A stretch of 27,790 bases of DNA, taken from the IMG/VR virus record IMGVR_UViG_3300027373_000195, positions 1 through 27,790 of that record; one strand, 5' to 3'. The stretch is from a virus. Lineage: Duplodnaviria > Caudoviricetes. Of this stretch, positions 1 to 8,631 are shown one piece after another. The notes beneath the pieces were generated by a model. That model searched no databases and was not told where the DNA came from. It saw nothing but the letters and a program-made list of their open reading frames with translations. The first letter of the stretch is position 1; each line of letters opens with the position of its first letter. The translations under genes and the position numbers were made by a program.

Positions 1-33
1 CGCAATATAGGAGTGCTTCGAGGCCGCCTTCAT
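1..33 (-). CDS. 5' fragment of the next lactate-utilisation gene (probably LutB/LldF), truncated by the window edge
   Basis: ATG at 33 overlaps the lutA stop (ATGA) and the frame is open to the edge (MKAASKHSYIA). Identity inferred only from the usual lutA-lutB order. Confidence 0.45.
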   Translation of the reverse strand, partial: MKAASKHSYIA

Positions 34-770
34 GGCCCATCCCCGCCCGCCAGGACCTCGGCGAGATGGCGGACCCGGATGGGCAGATTTCTCCGCGCCA
101 GCCGGCCGCGGATCTGCATCAGGCAGCTGACATCGCCGCCCACCACGGTGTCGGCGCCGCTGGTGAGAATATGCTCGATCTTGGCGTCGACCATGGCCAG
201 GCTGATCTCCGGGTAGCCGACGCTGAAGGTGCCACCAAAGCCGCAACAGCTGTCGGACTGGTCCATCTCCACCAGGTCCAGTCCCCGCACCCGACGGAGC
301 AACTGGCGGGGCTGGTCGCGGATCCCCAGGGTCCGCACCAGATGGCAGGAGTCATGGTAGGTGGCCCGGGCCGGGAAGACCGCGCCGAGCTCGGTGACTC
401 CGAGGACATCGACCAGGTATTGGCTGAACTCATAGGTCCGCTGCCCCAGAGCCAGGGCGCGGGCCAACAGGAGCGGATCATCGGCCAGGAGTTCGGGGTA
501 GTGGTGGCGGACCATGGCCACGCAGGAACCGGAGGGGCAGACAATGACCGAAGCCCCGGCAAAGACGGTAAGGAAGTGCCGGGCCGCGGCCGCCGCCTCG
601 CGCCGATAGCCGCTATTGAAGGCCGGCTGCCCGCAGCAGGTCTGGCCTTCGGCATAGGCCAGGGGGATGGCGAGCCGATCAAAAATGCTGACCAGGGCGT
701 CTCCCACCTCGGGAAAGCAGGCATCCACCAGACAGGGAATGAACAGGGAGACAGTGGTCGGTTGGGCCAT
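30..770 (-). CDS. lutA: LutA/LldE/YkgE family Fe-S (CCG-domain) L-lactate utilisation protein
   Basis: Motifs LFIPCLVD, QTCCGQPAFNSG, CPSGSC, YHDSCH, CCGFGGTFS, GGDVSCLMQI. ATG at 770 with AGGA upstream preferred over the TTG at 794. Confidence 0.9.
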   Translation of the reverse strand: MAQPTTVSLFIPCLVDACFPEVGDALVSIFDRLAIPLAYAEGQTCCGQPAFNSGYRREAAAAARHFLTVFAGASVIVCPSGSCVAMVRHHYPELLADDPLLLARALALGQRTYEFSQYLVDVLGVTELGAVFPARATYHDSCHLVRTLGIRDQPRQLLRRVRGLDLVEMDQSDSCCGFGGTFSVGYPEISLAMVDAKIEHILTSGADTVVGGDVSCLMQIRGRLARRNLPIRVRHLAEVLAGGDGP

Positions 771-1098
771 GGAAGATCCTGGAAGGGTGGACAATAAAGA
801 TCGGGGGCCGGCGCCCGGCCAAATTCGAGACCGGGCACGGATCTTTTATACCACCCCTTCCCCTTGGCCAAAAGAAAAACCTTGCCGGCCGCACCCAGGA
901 TTCCTGGTCTTCGTCGGTACCATGGATGGCTACTGCCCCAGTGCTTGGCGACCAGGGGCAAACGCTCTGGGCAGTCGCTGATTTTTTGCCGGGGCGAGGC
1001 GGTCCTTGCCCGCTTTATCGTTTCTTTGATCATACAAGATCCCGATGTGCCGCAGCTTTCATCGTCCAACCTGTACTCAAAATAAATTTTGTCTAAAT

Positions 1099-1127
1099 TT
1101 GACGCACCCTTAGCTATAATCTATAAT
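1099..1127 (+). promoter_or_regulatory. sigma70 promoter for the histidine kinase gene
   Basis: TTGACG (1099-1104), 17-bp spacer, TATAAT (1122-1127), with an AT-rich tract upstream. Confidence 0.75.
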
Positions 1128-1214
1128 AAAAAAATATGAAAAGAGGAGGACGGAGATCAGCTTGGCCCGATCCTCTCCAAGGGGTTTTGTTATTGATTGA
1201 CGACCGGGGGACCC

Positions 1215-4200
1215 ATGACCAAACCGACCGAAGAAGAGCTCGAACAGCTGTTTGCTCTTCTCGAGGAGCAGACTGCTCACCGCCAAGAAACCGACGCTCA
1301 GATCGCTGTCCTTTTTCGTCATGCCCCCCTGGGGATTGCCTACCATCGGATGGTCCATGATAGCGCCGGCAAACCGGTCAATTATTTTTGCCTGAAGGCC
1401 AACGCCACCTATCGCAAACTGACCGGAGTCGATCCGACCGGCCGCCTGATCACCGAGGCCTATCCCGGCATCGAAGACGACCCCTTTGATTGGATCGGCA
1501 GCTTCGGCCGCGTCGTTACCACCGGCAAACCACTTAAATTCAAACGACATTTCCAGACCAACCAGCGCTGGTACGAGGGGGTTGCCTACCGCTACCAACC
1601 AGACCACTTCGTCCTCATCTTTTTTGAGATCACCGAGACCAAAAAGGTCGAGGCCTGCCTGCGCGAGAGCAACGCCAACTTCCAACAGCTGGTGGATGCG
1701 ATGCAGGGATTGCTCTTTGTGGTCGGGGCCAACGACGATCTCCGTTTCGCCAACCAACGGGCCGTCGCCTTCCTCACTAATAATCAACCCATCAACATCA
1801 TCGGCCGCAACCTCCGTAAAGCCATTCCCTCCGCCCAGACAGAGGCACTGGTGGAGGAATGCGGCCAGGTCCTGGAGATCAATGAGCCCAGGCAGCAGCA
1901 GGTCCTGCTGCAGACAGTGGCCGGCAGCCGCTGGTTCGACCGCTCCCTGACACCGATCCGCTACGGGACGCCGCCGCAACCGGCGGTACTGGCGCTCATG
2001 GTCGACATCACCGCCCAGATGACCCAGCAGGAATATCTCCGCCAATCCGAGGCCCAATACCGCGCCCTGTTCGAATCCATGCAGGAAGGGGCGATCAATT
2101 TCGCCTCACCCGGGGAACTGCTCGGCATGAACCCCGCAGCCCAGCGGATCCTGGGCTATTCTCCGACCGAGTTGCAGCACCATCTCCGTGACGACAGCCT
2201 TGAACGCATCTGCTACGATGACGGCCGCCGCTGCACCCAGGACGACAACCCCATTAGCCGTTGTTTTGCCACCGGCCGATCGGAGGCCGGGGTGATCTTT
2301 AAATCCTATAATCCCAAAACCGGCCGGGACCTCTGGATTATCGCCAATGTCACCCCCCTGTTCCGGGAGTACAGCGCCGTCCCCTCCCAGGTGATTGCCA
2401 CCTTCAACGATATCACCGATCGCATCCGTTTACGGGAAACCAACAAGGCGAGGGTCTATCTGCTCGAGAACAGCCACCGATGGACCCTGGCCCAACTCCT
2501 CCAGCAGACCATCGCCAAGCTGGGGCAACTCCTCGACAGCCCTATCGGTTTTTACCATTTTGTCGATCAGGACGAGCAACGACTGACCCTAAAGGCCTGG
2601 TTGGCGCCCAGCCCGTCGCCCCTCAGCCCGGCCGATAACAGCAGCAGAAATCATCCCCCCATGGTAGGGGCGGCGCCCTGGCTTGATTGCCTCCACCAGC
2701 GCCAGACGATCATTGCCAGCGCCCCCGCCCCCCTGGCCGTTGACATGGTCCTGGCCCCAGGGCAGGTCCACCTCACCCGGGCCCTGGCGACCCCGATCTT
2801 TCGCGGCCAAAGAATTGTCGCCATCCTCGGAGTCGGCAACAAGAGCCATGGCTACAACGGGGAAGACGCCGCCCAGACTGAGCATTTTGCCGATCTGGCC
2901 TGGGAGCTGGTGGAACAGAAGCAGATGGAGGAAGAACGACAGGAGTCGCGGCGAAAACTCAAGGCCCTGATCAGCAACCTGCCGGGCATGGTCTTCAGCG
3001 TTGACGACGACCCGGATCGGACCATCCGCTTTGTCAGCGACGGCTGCCAGGCGCTCACCGGCTACTCCGCCCGGGAACTGGTGGCCAGGACCTCCGCTTC
3101 GCTGGCCGCCCTCATCCATCCCCAGGACCGGGAACCGGTCAGGGACTCGGTGCGGCGGGCGGTGAGAGCGCATCGATCCTACGAGATCGAATACCGGTTT
3201 CTCCACGCCGATGGCCAGGAACGGGCGATCCTCGAACGGGGAGCGGCCACCTTTGACCGCAACTCGGCCCAGCCCCTGGTGGAAGGGTTTGCCATCGATA
3301 TCACCGCGCAGCGATACGCGGCCCAGCAGATCAAGGCCTCGCACCAGCAGCTGTTGACCATCCTCGACAGCATTGAGGCCCAGGTCTTTGTCGCCGACAT
3401 GGAGACCCACGAGGTCCTGTTCATGAATAAAAGGACCAAAGAGCTGTTCGGTGAAAATGATGACTACCAACCCTGCTACCGAATTTTTCAAAATGAAAAC
3501 AGCCCCTGCCCTTTCTGCACCAACGATCGCCTGCTCGACGAGCAGGGCGAACCGGGCCCGGTTTGCCAATGGGAACACCGCAATCCGATCACCGGCCGCT
3601 GGTATGTCAACCATGACCGGGCGGTGCGCTGGCTCAACGGCAAGATCGTGCGGATGCAGGTCGCCTTTGACAACACCGAACGCAAGAAAACGGAGATGAA
3701 ACTGTTCCAGGCGCAAAAAATGGAGGCCATTGGCCTGCTGGCCGGCGGTGTGGCCCATGACTTCAACAATATCCTCTCGGTGATCCTCGGTTACGCCACC
3801 ATGGCCCTGGAAGAGGTGGGCGACAACGGCCTGCGGGTCAAACGCGACCTGCTCCAGATCCAGAAGGCCGGCCTGCGGGCCAAGGATCTGGTCAAACAGA
3901 TCCTCGCCTTCTCCCATCATACCGAGGAACGCATTCAGCCGCTGAAGCTGCACCTGATCATCAAGGAAGTCATCAAGATGCTGCGATCTTCCTTTCCCGC
4001 CACCATCCACATCAGCGCCCAGATCGCGGTCCTCGAGCTGACGGTCCTGGTCGACCCCACCCGGATGCACCAGGTGCTGATGAATCTCTGCACCAATGCT
4101 CTCCATGCCATGAAGGATGGCGGTGCGCTCACCATCGGTCTGCAGCAGGTGGATCTGGACGGCCGGCAAGGGCGGCGGGAGTTACTCGCCCTGCCGACCG

Positions 4201-4868
4201 GCTCCTATGTACGGCTCAGCGTCAAAGATACCGGCACCGGCATACCGGTGGACCTCCTTGACAAGATTTTCGATCCTTTTTTCACCACCAAGGCTGAAGG
4301 AGAAGGCACGGGATTGGGGCTGGCCATGGTCCAGGGGATTGTTGCCGCTTATAAAGGCGCGGTCACCGTCGACAGCCGCATAGGCGAGGGCACCACTTTT
4401 GCCCTCTATCTCCCCGAACTTCCCCGGCCCGCACTGAAAATTGAAGGAGAGGGTAAAAAGGCCTTGCCGGCCGGGACCGAAACCATCATGCTCATCGACG
4501 ATGAACCGGCTGTGGCCATGATCATGCAGCGCCTGCTCAACCATCTCGGTTACACCGCCGAGGCCTTTACCGACAGTGCCAGGGCTGTCGAGGCCTACAC
4601 CAGGGAGCCGGAGGCCTTTGACCTGGTGATTACCGATTTGACCATGCCCAAATTCACCGGCATGGCCATTGCCCGGGCAATGCTCGCTCTCCGGCCTGGA
4701 CAGCCGATCATCCTCTGCACCGGCTTTAGCGAGGCGGTCGATGAAGCCAGGGCCAGGGCCGAAGGCATTAAGGCGTTGCTGGCCAAACCGATATCCCGGG
4801 AAACCCTGGCCCGAGCGGTGCGGAGGACGCTGGACCTGGGTAAAACACTGGGGCCTCCCGCGTCCTGA
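1215..4868 (+). CDS. Cytoplasmic hybrid sensor histidine kinase (multiple PAS, GAF, HisKA, HATPase, C-terminal receiver)
   Basis: H-box [13 protein letters not shown]; N-box [10 protein letters not shown]; [19 protein letters not shown]; receiver IDDE...[10 protein letters not shown]...AKP; GAF region [20 protein letters not shown] at 1215 has GGGGGA upstream (ORF track starts at TTG 1197). Confidence 0.93.
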   Translation: MTKPTEEELEQLFALLEEQTAHRQETDAQIAVLFRHAPLGIAYHRMVHDSAGKPVNYFCLKANATYRKLTGVDPTGRLITEAYPGIEDDPFDWIGSFGRVVTTGKPLKFKRHFQTNQRWYEGVAYRYQPDHFVLIFFEITETKKVEACLRESNANFQQLVDAMQGLLFVVGANDDLRFANQRAVAFLTNNQPINIIGRNLRKAIPSAQTEALVEECGQVLEINEPRQQQVLLQTVAGSRWFDRSLTPIRYGTPPQPAVLALMVDITAQMTQQEYLRQSEAQYRALFESMQEGAINFASPGELLGMNPAAQRILGYSPTELQHHLRDDSLERICYDDGRRCTQDDNPISRCFATGRSEAGVIFKSYNPKTGRDLWIIANVTPLFREYSAVPSQVIATFNDITDRIRLRETNKARVYLLENSHRWTLAQLLQQTIAKLGQLLDSPIGFYHFVDQDEQRLTLKAWLAPSPSPLSPADNSSRNHPPMVGAAPWLDCLHQRQTIIASAPAPLAVDMVLAPGQVHLTRALATPIFRGQRIVAILGVGNKSHGYNGEDAAQTEHFADLAWELVEQKQMEEERQESRRKLKALISNLPGMVFSVDDDPDRTIRFVSDGCQALTGYSARELVARTSASLAALIHPQDREPVRDSVRRAVRAHRSYEIEYRFLHADGQERAILERGAATFDRNSAQPLVEGFAIDITAQRYAAQQIKASHQQLLTILDSIEAQVFVADMETHEVLFMNKRTKELFGENDDYQPCYRIFQNENSPCPFCTNDRLLDEQGEPGPVCQWEHRNPITGRWYVNHDRAVRWLNGKIVRMQVAFDNTERKKTEMKLFQAQKMEAIGLLAGGVAHDFNNILSVILGYATMALEEVGDNGLRVKRDLLQIQKAGLRAKDLVKQILAFSHHTEERIQPLKLHLIIKEVIKMLRSSFPATIHISAQIAVLELTVLVDPTRMHQVLMNLCTNALHAMKDGGALTIGLQQVDLDGRQGRRELLALPTGSYVRLSVKDTGTGIPVDLLDKIFDPFFTTKAEGEGTGLGLAMVQGIVAAYKGAVTVDSRIGEGTTFALYLPELPRPALKIEGEGKKALPAGTETIMLIDDEPAVAMIMQRLLNHLGYTAEAFTDSARAVEAYTREPEAFDLVITDLTMPKFTGMAIARAMLALRPGQPIILCTGFSEAVDEARARAEGIKALLAKPISRETLARAVRRTLDLGKTLGPPAS

Positions 4869-4885
4869 GGGTCTGTTGGGTCAGC

Positions 4886-4938
4886 TGTAAGCTTGCACGT
4901 AAAGGCTGAAACTTTAGCAAGATAAACGAGAAACTTAG
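4886..4938. repeat. Prophage right end (attR): terminal TG plus two tandem 22-bp-period MuA-type binding sites (R1/R2-like)
   Basis: TG at 4886; GCACGTAAAGGCTGAAACTT (4895-4914) and GCAAGATAAACGAGAAACTT (4917-4936) are 22 bp apart; abrupt shift from GC-rich host DNA to AT-rich sequence. Confidence 0.8.
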
Positions 4939-4944
4939 TGTAGG

Positions 4945-5706
4945 CTAATTGCTGATTAAAAGCTCCTTCCGCACCTGGGACCGACTCCCTTCCTTTTTGC
5001 TCATCGAGTATTTCAGCTCGACCTCTTCGATTAAAAACCTCTCAAATATTTTTCGCACCTCGGGTGTCTCGTTGAGGGTCATCAAGAACCGGCCTTTGAC
5101 GTTGGCCAACACCCCTGCCAGATCGTAGAAATCCTGCTCCACGAAATTATGCTCGTAGCCGTTGATCTTCCAATATGGAGGGTCGAGGAAAAACAGGGTG
5201 TAGTCCCGATCGTAGCGGGGGATCAGGTCGCGGAAGTCGAGACACTCGATCATTACATGAGATAGCCGGATCCAGGCTTCCTCCAGTAACCGCTGCAGGG
5301 TGAAGAGATTGAGTCGGGGAATACCCGTGGTTGAAGTTCCGAAGACCCGACCGCGACTACGCCCGCCGAAGCACATCCGCTGGAGATAGATATAGCGAGC
5401 GGCCCGCTGGATGTCGGTCAATGTGTCGGGATCGACCTGCATCAGCCGGTTGAATTCGTCCCTGGAGACTAGAGTAAATTTAAACTGGCGATGCAGTTCC
5501 TCGGGATGATGCTTGACTGTCCGGTAGAGGGTGATCAGATCGCGGTCGAGATCATTTATCACCTCGGTGCCCCTGGCCTCCTTGGCGAAAAAGACATTGG
5601 CCGCGCCGGCGAACACCTCGACATAACACTGGTGCGCCGGGAATTTTGAGATGATGGTTTTAGCGAGGCGGCTCTTGCCGCCAAAATAGGGTATCAATGA
5701 TGCCAC
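4945..5706 (-). CDS. D12-class (Dam-like) N6-adenine DNA methyltransferase at the mom position
   Basis: N-terminal IPYFGGKSRLA, motif I YVEVFAGAANVF, INDLD, catalytic FFLDPPY. GTG start with AAGGAG 6 nt upstream. Confidence 0.92.
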   Translation of the reverse strand: MASLIPYFGGKSRLAKTIISKFPAHQCYVEVFAGAANVFFAKEARGTEVINDLDRDLITLYRTVKHHPEELHRQFKFTLVSRDEFNRLMQVDPDTLTDIQRAARYIYLQRMCFGGRSRGRVFGTSTTGIPRLNLFTLQRLLEEAWIRLSHVMIECLDFRDLIPRYDRDYTLFFLDPPYWKINGYEHNFVEQDFYDLAGVLANVKGRFLMTLNETPEVRKIFERFLIEEVELKYSMSKKEGSRSQVRKELLISN

Positions 5707-5745
5707 GAAAGGCTCCTTGCGGTAATGCAGGTGATATGCTACTAA

Positions 5746-5862
5746 CCCCGTGCGCTGTCCTCAGCGTGCATCGGGGCTATAGCAGGTGAACCTGCGGACC
5801 TCCTTCCGTGTTAGCGCACGGTTAGATGGTTCGGGGAGGGGTGCAACCCTCCCCAGTCCCGT
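5746..5862 (+). ncRNA. Candidate structured (cloverleaf) antisense or leader RNA upstream of the methyltransferase
   Basis: Closing stem CGGGGCT/AGTCCCG with three arms and an alternative 5' hairpin. G-U pairs favour the plus strand. Possible extended -10 TGaTATGCT at 5732-5740. Confidence 0.6.
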
Positions 5863-5869
5863 CCTAAGA

Positions 5870-6391
5870 TTATGGGGGAGGGAGTTGAAAAGTAGGCATT
5901 TCGGCCATTACCTCTTCTACCGTTGGCAAGGGCCTGGAACCGGCCAGCACCTCCTGCTCAATCTCAAAAGACTTTTTCCAGCAAGCGGCCGCCCAGTCGG
6001 CGAGGGGTGTCGCTTCTGGTAGCCGCCCCTCGTATATCCCTAAATTATAGATTGAGTCGTAACGATACTTCTTTGCCTCCTCGTTGAGCATCGTTTGGAT
6101 GGCCACACCGCACTCTTCTTGTCTTTGGATGCCGAGACGGATTTGCTGATCAGTCTGCCAAGATTGATACTTCTCTTGATCGATAACCACCCACTCCCCG
6201 CCTATCCACCCCCATGCCCCACCTACGAAGTCTGGATTATCTGGCACTATCTCGACATGGTGCGTGTCGGGCATGATATCTAAGGCCCGGAGAGCACCGG
6301 TGAGTCCCCTTTCGGTGACATTAAGCCTGCAGTCGGCTGGGCGGAGGAAAGCGACCCGGCCCGTGGCGGTTTCAATAACTGCTTTCATCAT
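5870..6391 (-). CDS. Tail fibre-associated (assembly chaperone-like) protein, 173 aa
   Basis: ATG at 6391 overlaps the fibre stop. C-terminal pattern AKKYRYDSI...WAAACW...VLAGSRPLPTVEEVMAEMP resembles proteins found after phage fibre genes. The longer ORF-track start (6595) lies inside the fibre gene. Confidence 0.65.
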   Translation of the reverse strand: MMKAVIETATGRVAFLRPADCRLNVTERGLTGALRALDIMPDTHHVEIVPDNPDFVGGAWGWIGGEWVVIDQEKYQSWQTDQQIRLGIQRQEECGVAIQTMLNEEAKKYRYDSIYNLGIYEGRLPEATPLADWAAACWKKSFEIEQEVLAGSRPLPTVEEVMAEMPTFQLPPP

Positions 6392-8631
6392 AATGCGTTC
6401 CCTAACACTAACAGTTTGTTTGAGGCCAGGGCGACACCGCAAATCCTTGACCCTGCTTGCCCGAGGTCTCCATAATCGTCGATGTAATAGGTCATGCCGG
6501 TTGTCAGGCCCGACAATGCGGAGCAGATGCCGCCCCTGATCGTCACGAGGCCCTGGGCTCCGTTGGCTATCGCGGCGTTTGCAATGCCGATCCATTTGTC
6601 GGCGTTGGTGACAATTTCGCCGGTGTCGACCACTCTGGTCATGCCATAAAAAGAGTTTCCCCCATCCTGATAGGCGATAACTGCCCTGTCCGTATAGCCG
6701 CTATACCCGCAGGTAGGGTATTGGGTTTGCGATGAGTTGAAGTAAACCAAGTCTCCAATTACCAAGGTTGAGCCGGAAACGTAGCACAAGGCGGCTATTC
6801 CGTATTGTGCTACGTCTTTTCCGCATATCAGAACTTTTCCCTTCCCGGCGTCCCAGCAGGCGCTAAAGGCCCCATAGTAAAACGTAGATGATACCGACAC
6901 GCTGCCAAGCATCGACACCACTCTTGCCGCCGTCGATGCCAGGTACCAGGTGGTCGAATTCGTCGCACAAAGGATAAACCTGTCATTGGTCTGGTCGTAA
7001 GCAAGAGTGTCGAAATAAGCAGCTGACGCGACTATCTGCACACCTGTGCCGACATACATGCTTGCACCGTTTGCCTCAACAACCCAGGCCTTGGCTTTGT
7101 ATCCGTTATCATAAGTGGTTAGCAAAAGATACGGAGTGCCTGCCTTCTCCTGCAACCCACAGACAAACGGGGCAGTTAAGCTTACCGCAATGTTTATAGC
7201 GGTGTTCCAAGTTACTGTCTCCCCGCTGATCGTTGCTGACCTAATTGAAATCACGGTACTGCCAACGCAGTACCCAAATATGATTTTGTTCTGGTGTTGG
7301 TTGTAGACCATCGCCATGCCATAAGTCGACGGGACAGAAGCGGTCCCGCCGGCCACCGCAGTTCCCAGCGATAAAGAAGTCCCGGTTATTGTGCCGATAA
7401 CGAGATACATACTAGAGGAGATGAATCCGATTACCAGCTTGCCCTCACCTTCATGCCACGCCATTCTGGCGGAGTCAGAGTATGGAAAAGGAACAGGCGT
7501 ACCCATGGTGACAGTGCCTGCCACCGGGTCAACGGTTCCGACCGCGACATAGTCTGAGTACATCACGACGATCTTGTCGGTGCCCGGAATAGGAAGCACC
7601 TTGTCGTAGTAAAGCACCGATGAGGCGACTTGCACCTGCTCACTGCCCATCGCTCCGGCATTTGTCGTCGATCCTACCGTGCTGATTGTCTCATCACTAT
7701 TCAGCACTACCACGTCACCGACAGCGATGGCCCCACTGGCCGTGAAAGTCGCCTTCCCTGAAACCATTTCGGCGCGCACAAAGGCAGTGGTGGCTATCTG
7801 AATGTTGTTGGTCCCCTCTGCCGGCGTCGGTGCCGTGGGGCCGCCGATGAACGCCGGGGAGGCAAGAGAGGCTTTTGCGGCCAGAGCGTTGGTGATATTA
7901 GTGGCGAAGTTTGTGTCATCGCCCAGAGCAGCGGCCAGCTCGTCAAGCGTGTCAAGAGCAGCCGGCGATGACGCGACTAAGTTCGCTACTGCCGTGGAGA
8001 CGAAAGCGGTGGTGGCGATCTGAGTAGTGTTTGTGCCCGCAGCAGCAGTTGGCGAGGTCGGGGTGCCCGTAAGCTCCGGGCTGACAAGAGAAGGAGCGGT
8101 AGCAAACACAAGCGGGCCGCTTCCGGTTTCGTCGGTGATGGCGGCGGCCAGTTGGGCTGAGGTGGCGAGTAGGGTGTTGTTGGACAGGTCGATGGTCTTG
8201 TCGGTCAGGGTTTGGTTGCCGCCCGGAGTGACAAATTGGGCAGGGTCAACCGCCGCGGTCATGCTGATGCTCCACTCGGCATAAGTTCCCGTGCCGACAG
8301 CACTGTACACAGCCACCACCAGCGCCCCGGTGGCAACATTGTAGCTGGTCACGGTTCCAAGCATACGCATGGTCGGGACCGTGGTGTAGGCAACTACGAG
8401 ATCCATGCCTGGGGTGTAGCCGAGATTTGGCTCGACCATCAGCGATTGTTCCCCCTCCTCGAGGGATAGCGATGAGGTGCTTGAGCCGCGCATCCCAAGC
8501 GCGAAGGCAGACCCGGTCTCGTTGAGCGCTTGGGTCCAGGGGTTGAGATTGCCGACCAATTTCTCCATCTTGGGATTGAAGTTGTCAGGGTCAAGCACGG
8601 AGGGGATATCTTCAAAAAGCGGAATCGGCAT
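6388..8631 (-). CDS. Tail fibre / receptor-binding protein, 747 aa
   Basis: Start MPIPLFED at 8631 (TAATG overlap). Contains fibre shaft motifs QTLTDKTI, two copies of SP..xG.PT.PT...GTN..QIATTAFV, and SSPAALDTLDELAAALGDD, then a beta-rich C-terminal half. Confidence 0.85.
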   Translation of the reverse strand: MPIPLFEDIPSVLDPDNFNPKMEKLVGNLNPWTQALNETGSAFALGMRGSSTSSLSLEEGEQSLMVEPNLGYTPGMDLVVAYTTVPTMRMLGTVTSYNVATGALVVAVYSAVGTGTYAEWSISMTAAVDPAQFVTPGGNQTLTDKTIDLSNNTLLATSAQLAAAITDETGSGPLVFATAPSLVSPELTGTPTSPTAAAGTNTTQIATTAFVSTAVANLVASSPAALDTLDELAAALGDDTNFATNITNALAAKASLASPAFIGGPTAPTPAEGTNNIQIATTAFVRAEMVSGKATFTASGAIAVGDVVVLNSDETISTVGSTTNAGAMGSEQVQVASSVLYYDKVLPIPGTDKIVVMYSDYVAVGTVDPVAGTVTMGTPVPFPYSDSARMAWHEGEGKLVIGFISSSMYLVIGTITGTSLSLGTAVAGGTASVPSTYGMAMVYNQHQNKIIFGYCVGSTVISIRSATISGETVTWNTAINIAVSLTAPFVCGLQEKAGTPYLLLTTYDNGYKAKAWVVEANGASMYVGTGVQIVASAAYFDTLAYDQTNDRFILCATNSTTWYLASTAARVVSMLGSVSVSSTFYYGAFSACWDAGKGKVLICGKDVAQYGIAALCYVSGSTLVIGDLVYFNSSQTQYPTCGYSGYTDRAVIAYQDGGNSFYGMTRVVDTGEIVTNADKWIGIANAAIANGAQGLVTIRGGICSALSGLTTGMTYYIDDYGDLGQAGSRICGVALASNKLLVLGNAL
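7775..8085 (-). repeat. Two diverged copies of the tail-fibre shaft repeat
   Basis: SPELTGTPTSPTAAAGTNTTQIATTAFV and SPAFIGGPTAPTPAEGTNNIQIATTAFV; coordinates approximate. Confidence 0.8.

Noticed and set aside
813-836. Hairpin GCCCGG/CCGGGC in the lutA leader
   Set aside because: A 6-bp GC stem is expected by chance at this GC content; no riboswitch features.
2589-4169. 526-aa minus-strand ORF (and the 315-aa ORF at 1110-2057)
   Set aside because: Shadow frames antisense to the histidine kinase in GC-rich DNA; no recognisable motifs.
5772-5862. A true tRNA-Ala gene
   Set aside because: Only the first 11 nt match; there is no canonical D-loop, 7-nt anticodon loop, TTCRA T-loop or CCA end.
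6392-6595. Extended ORF-track starts (6595, also 8763 and 17652)
   Set aside because: They overlap upstream genes extensively; coupled or SD-led internal ATGs fit better.
6388-8631. Diversity-generating retroelement or invertible fibre cassette
   Set aside because: No reverse transcriptase, invertase, TR/VR pair or second fibre end in the window; the internal repeats differ at all base types.
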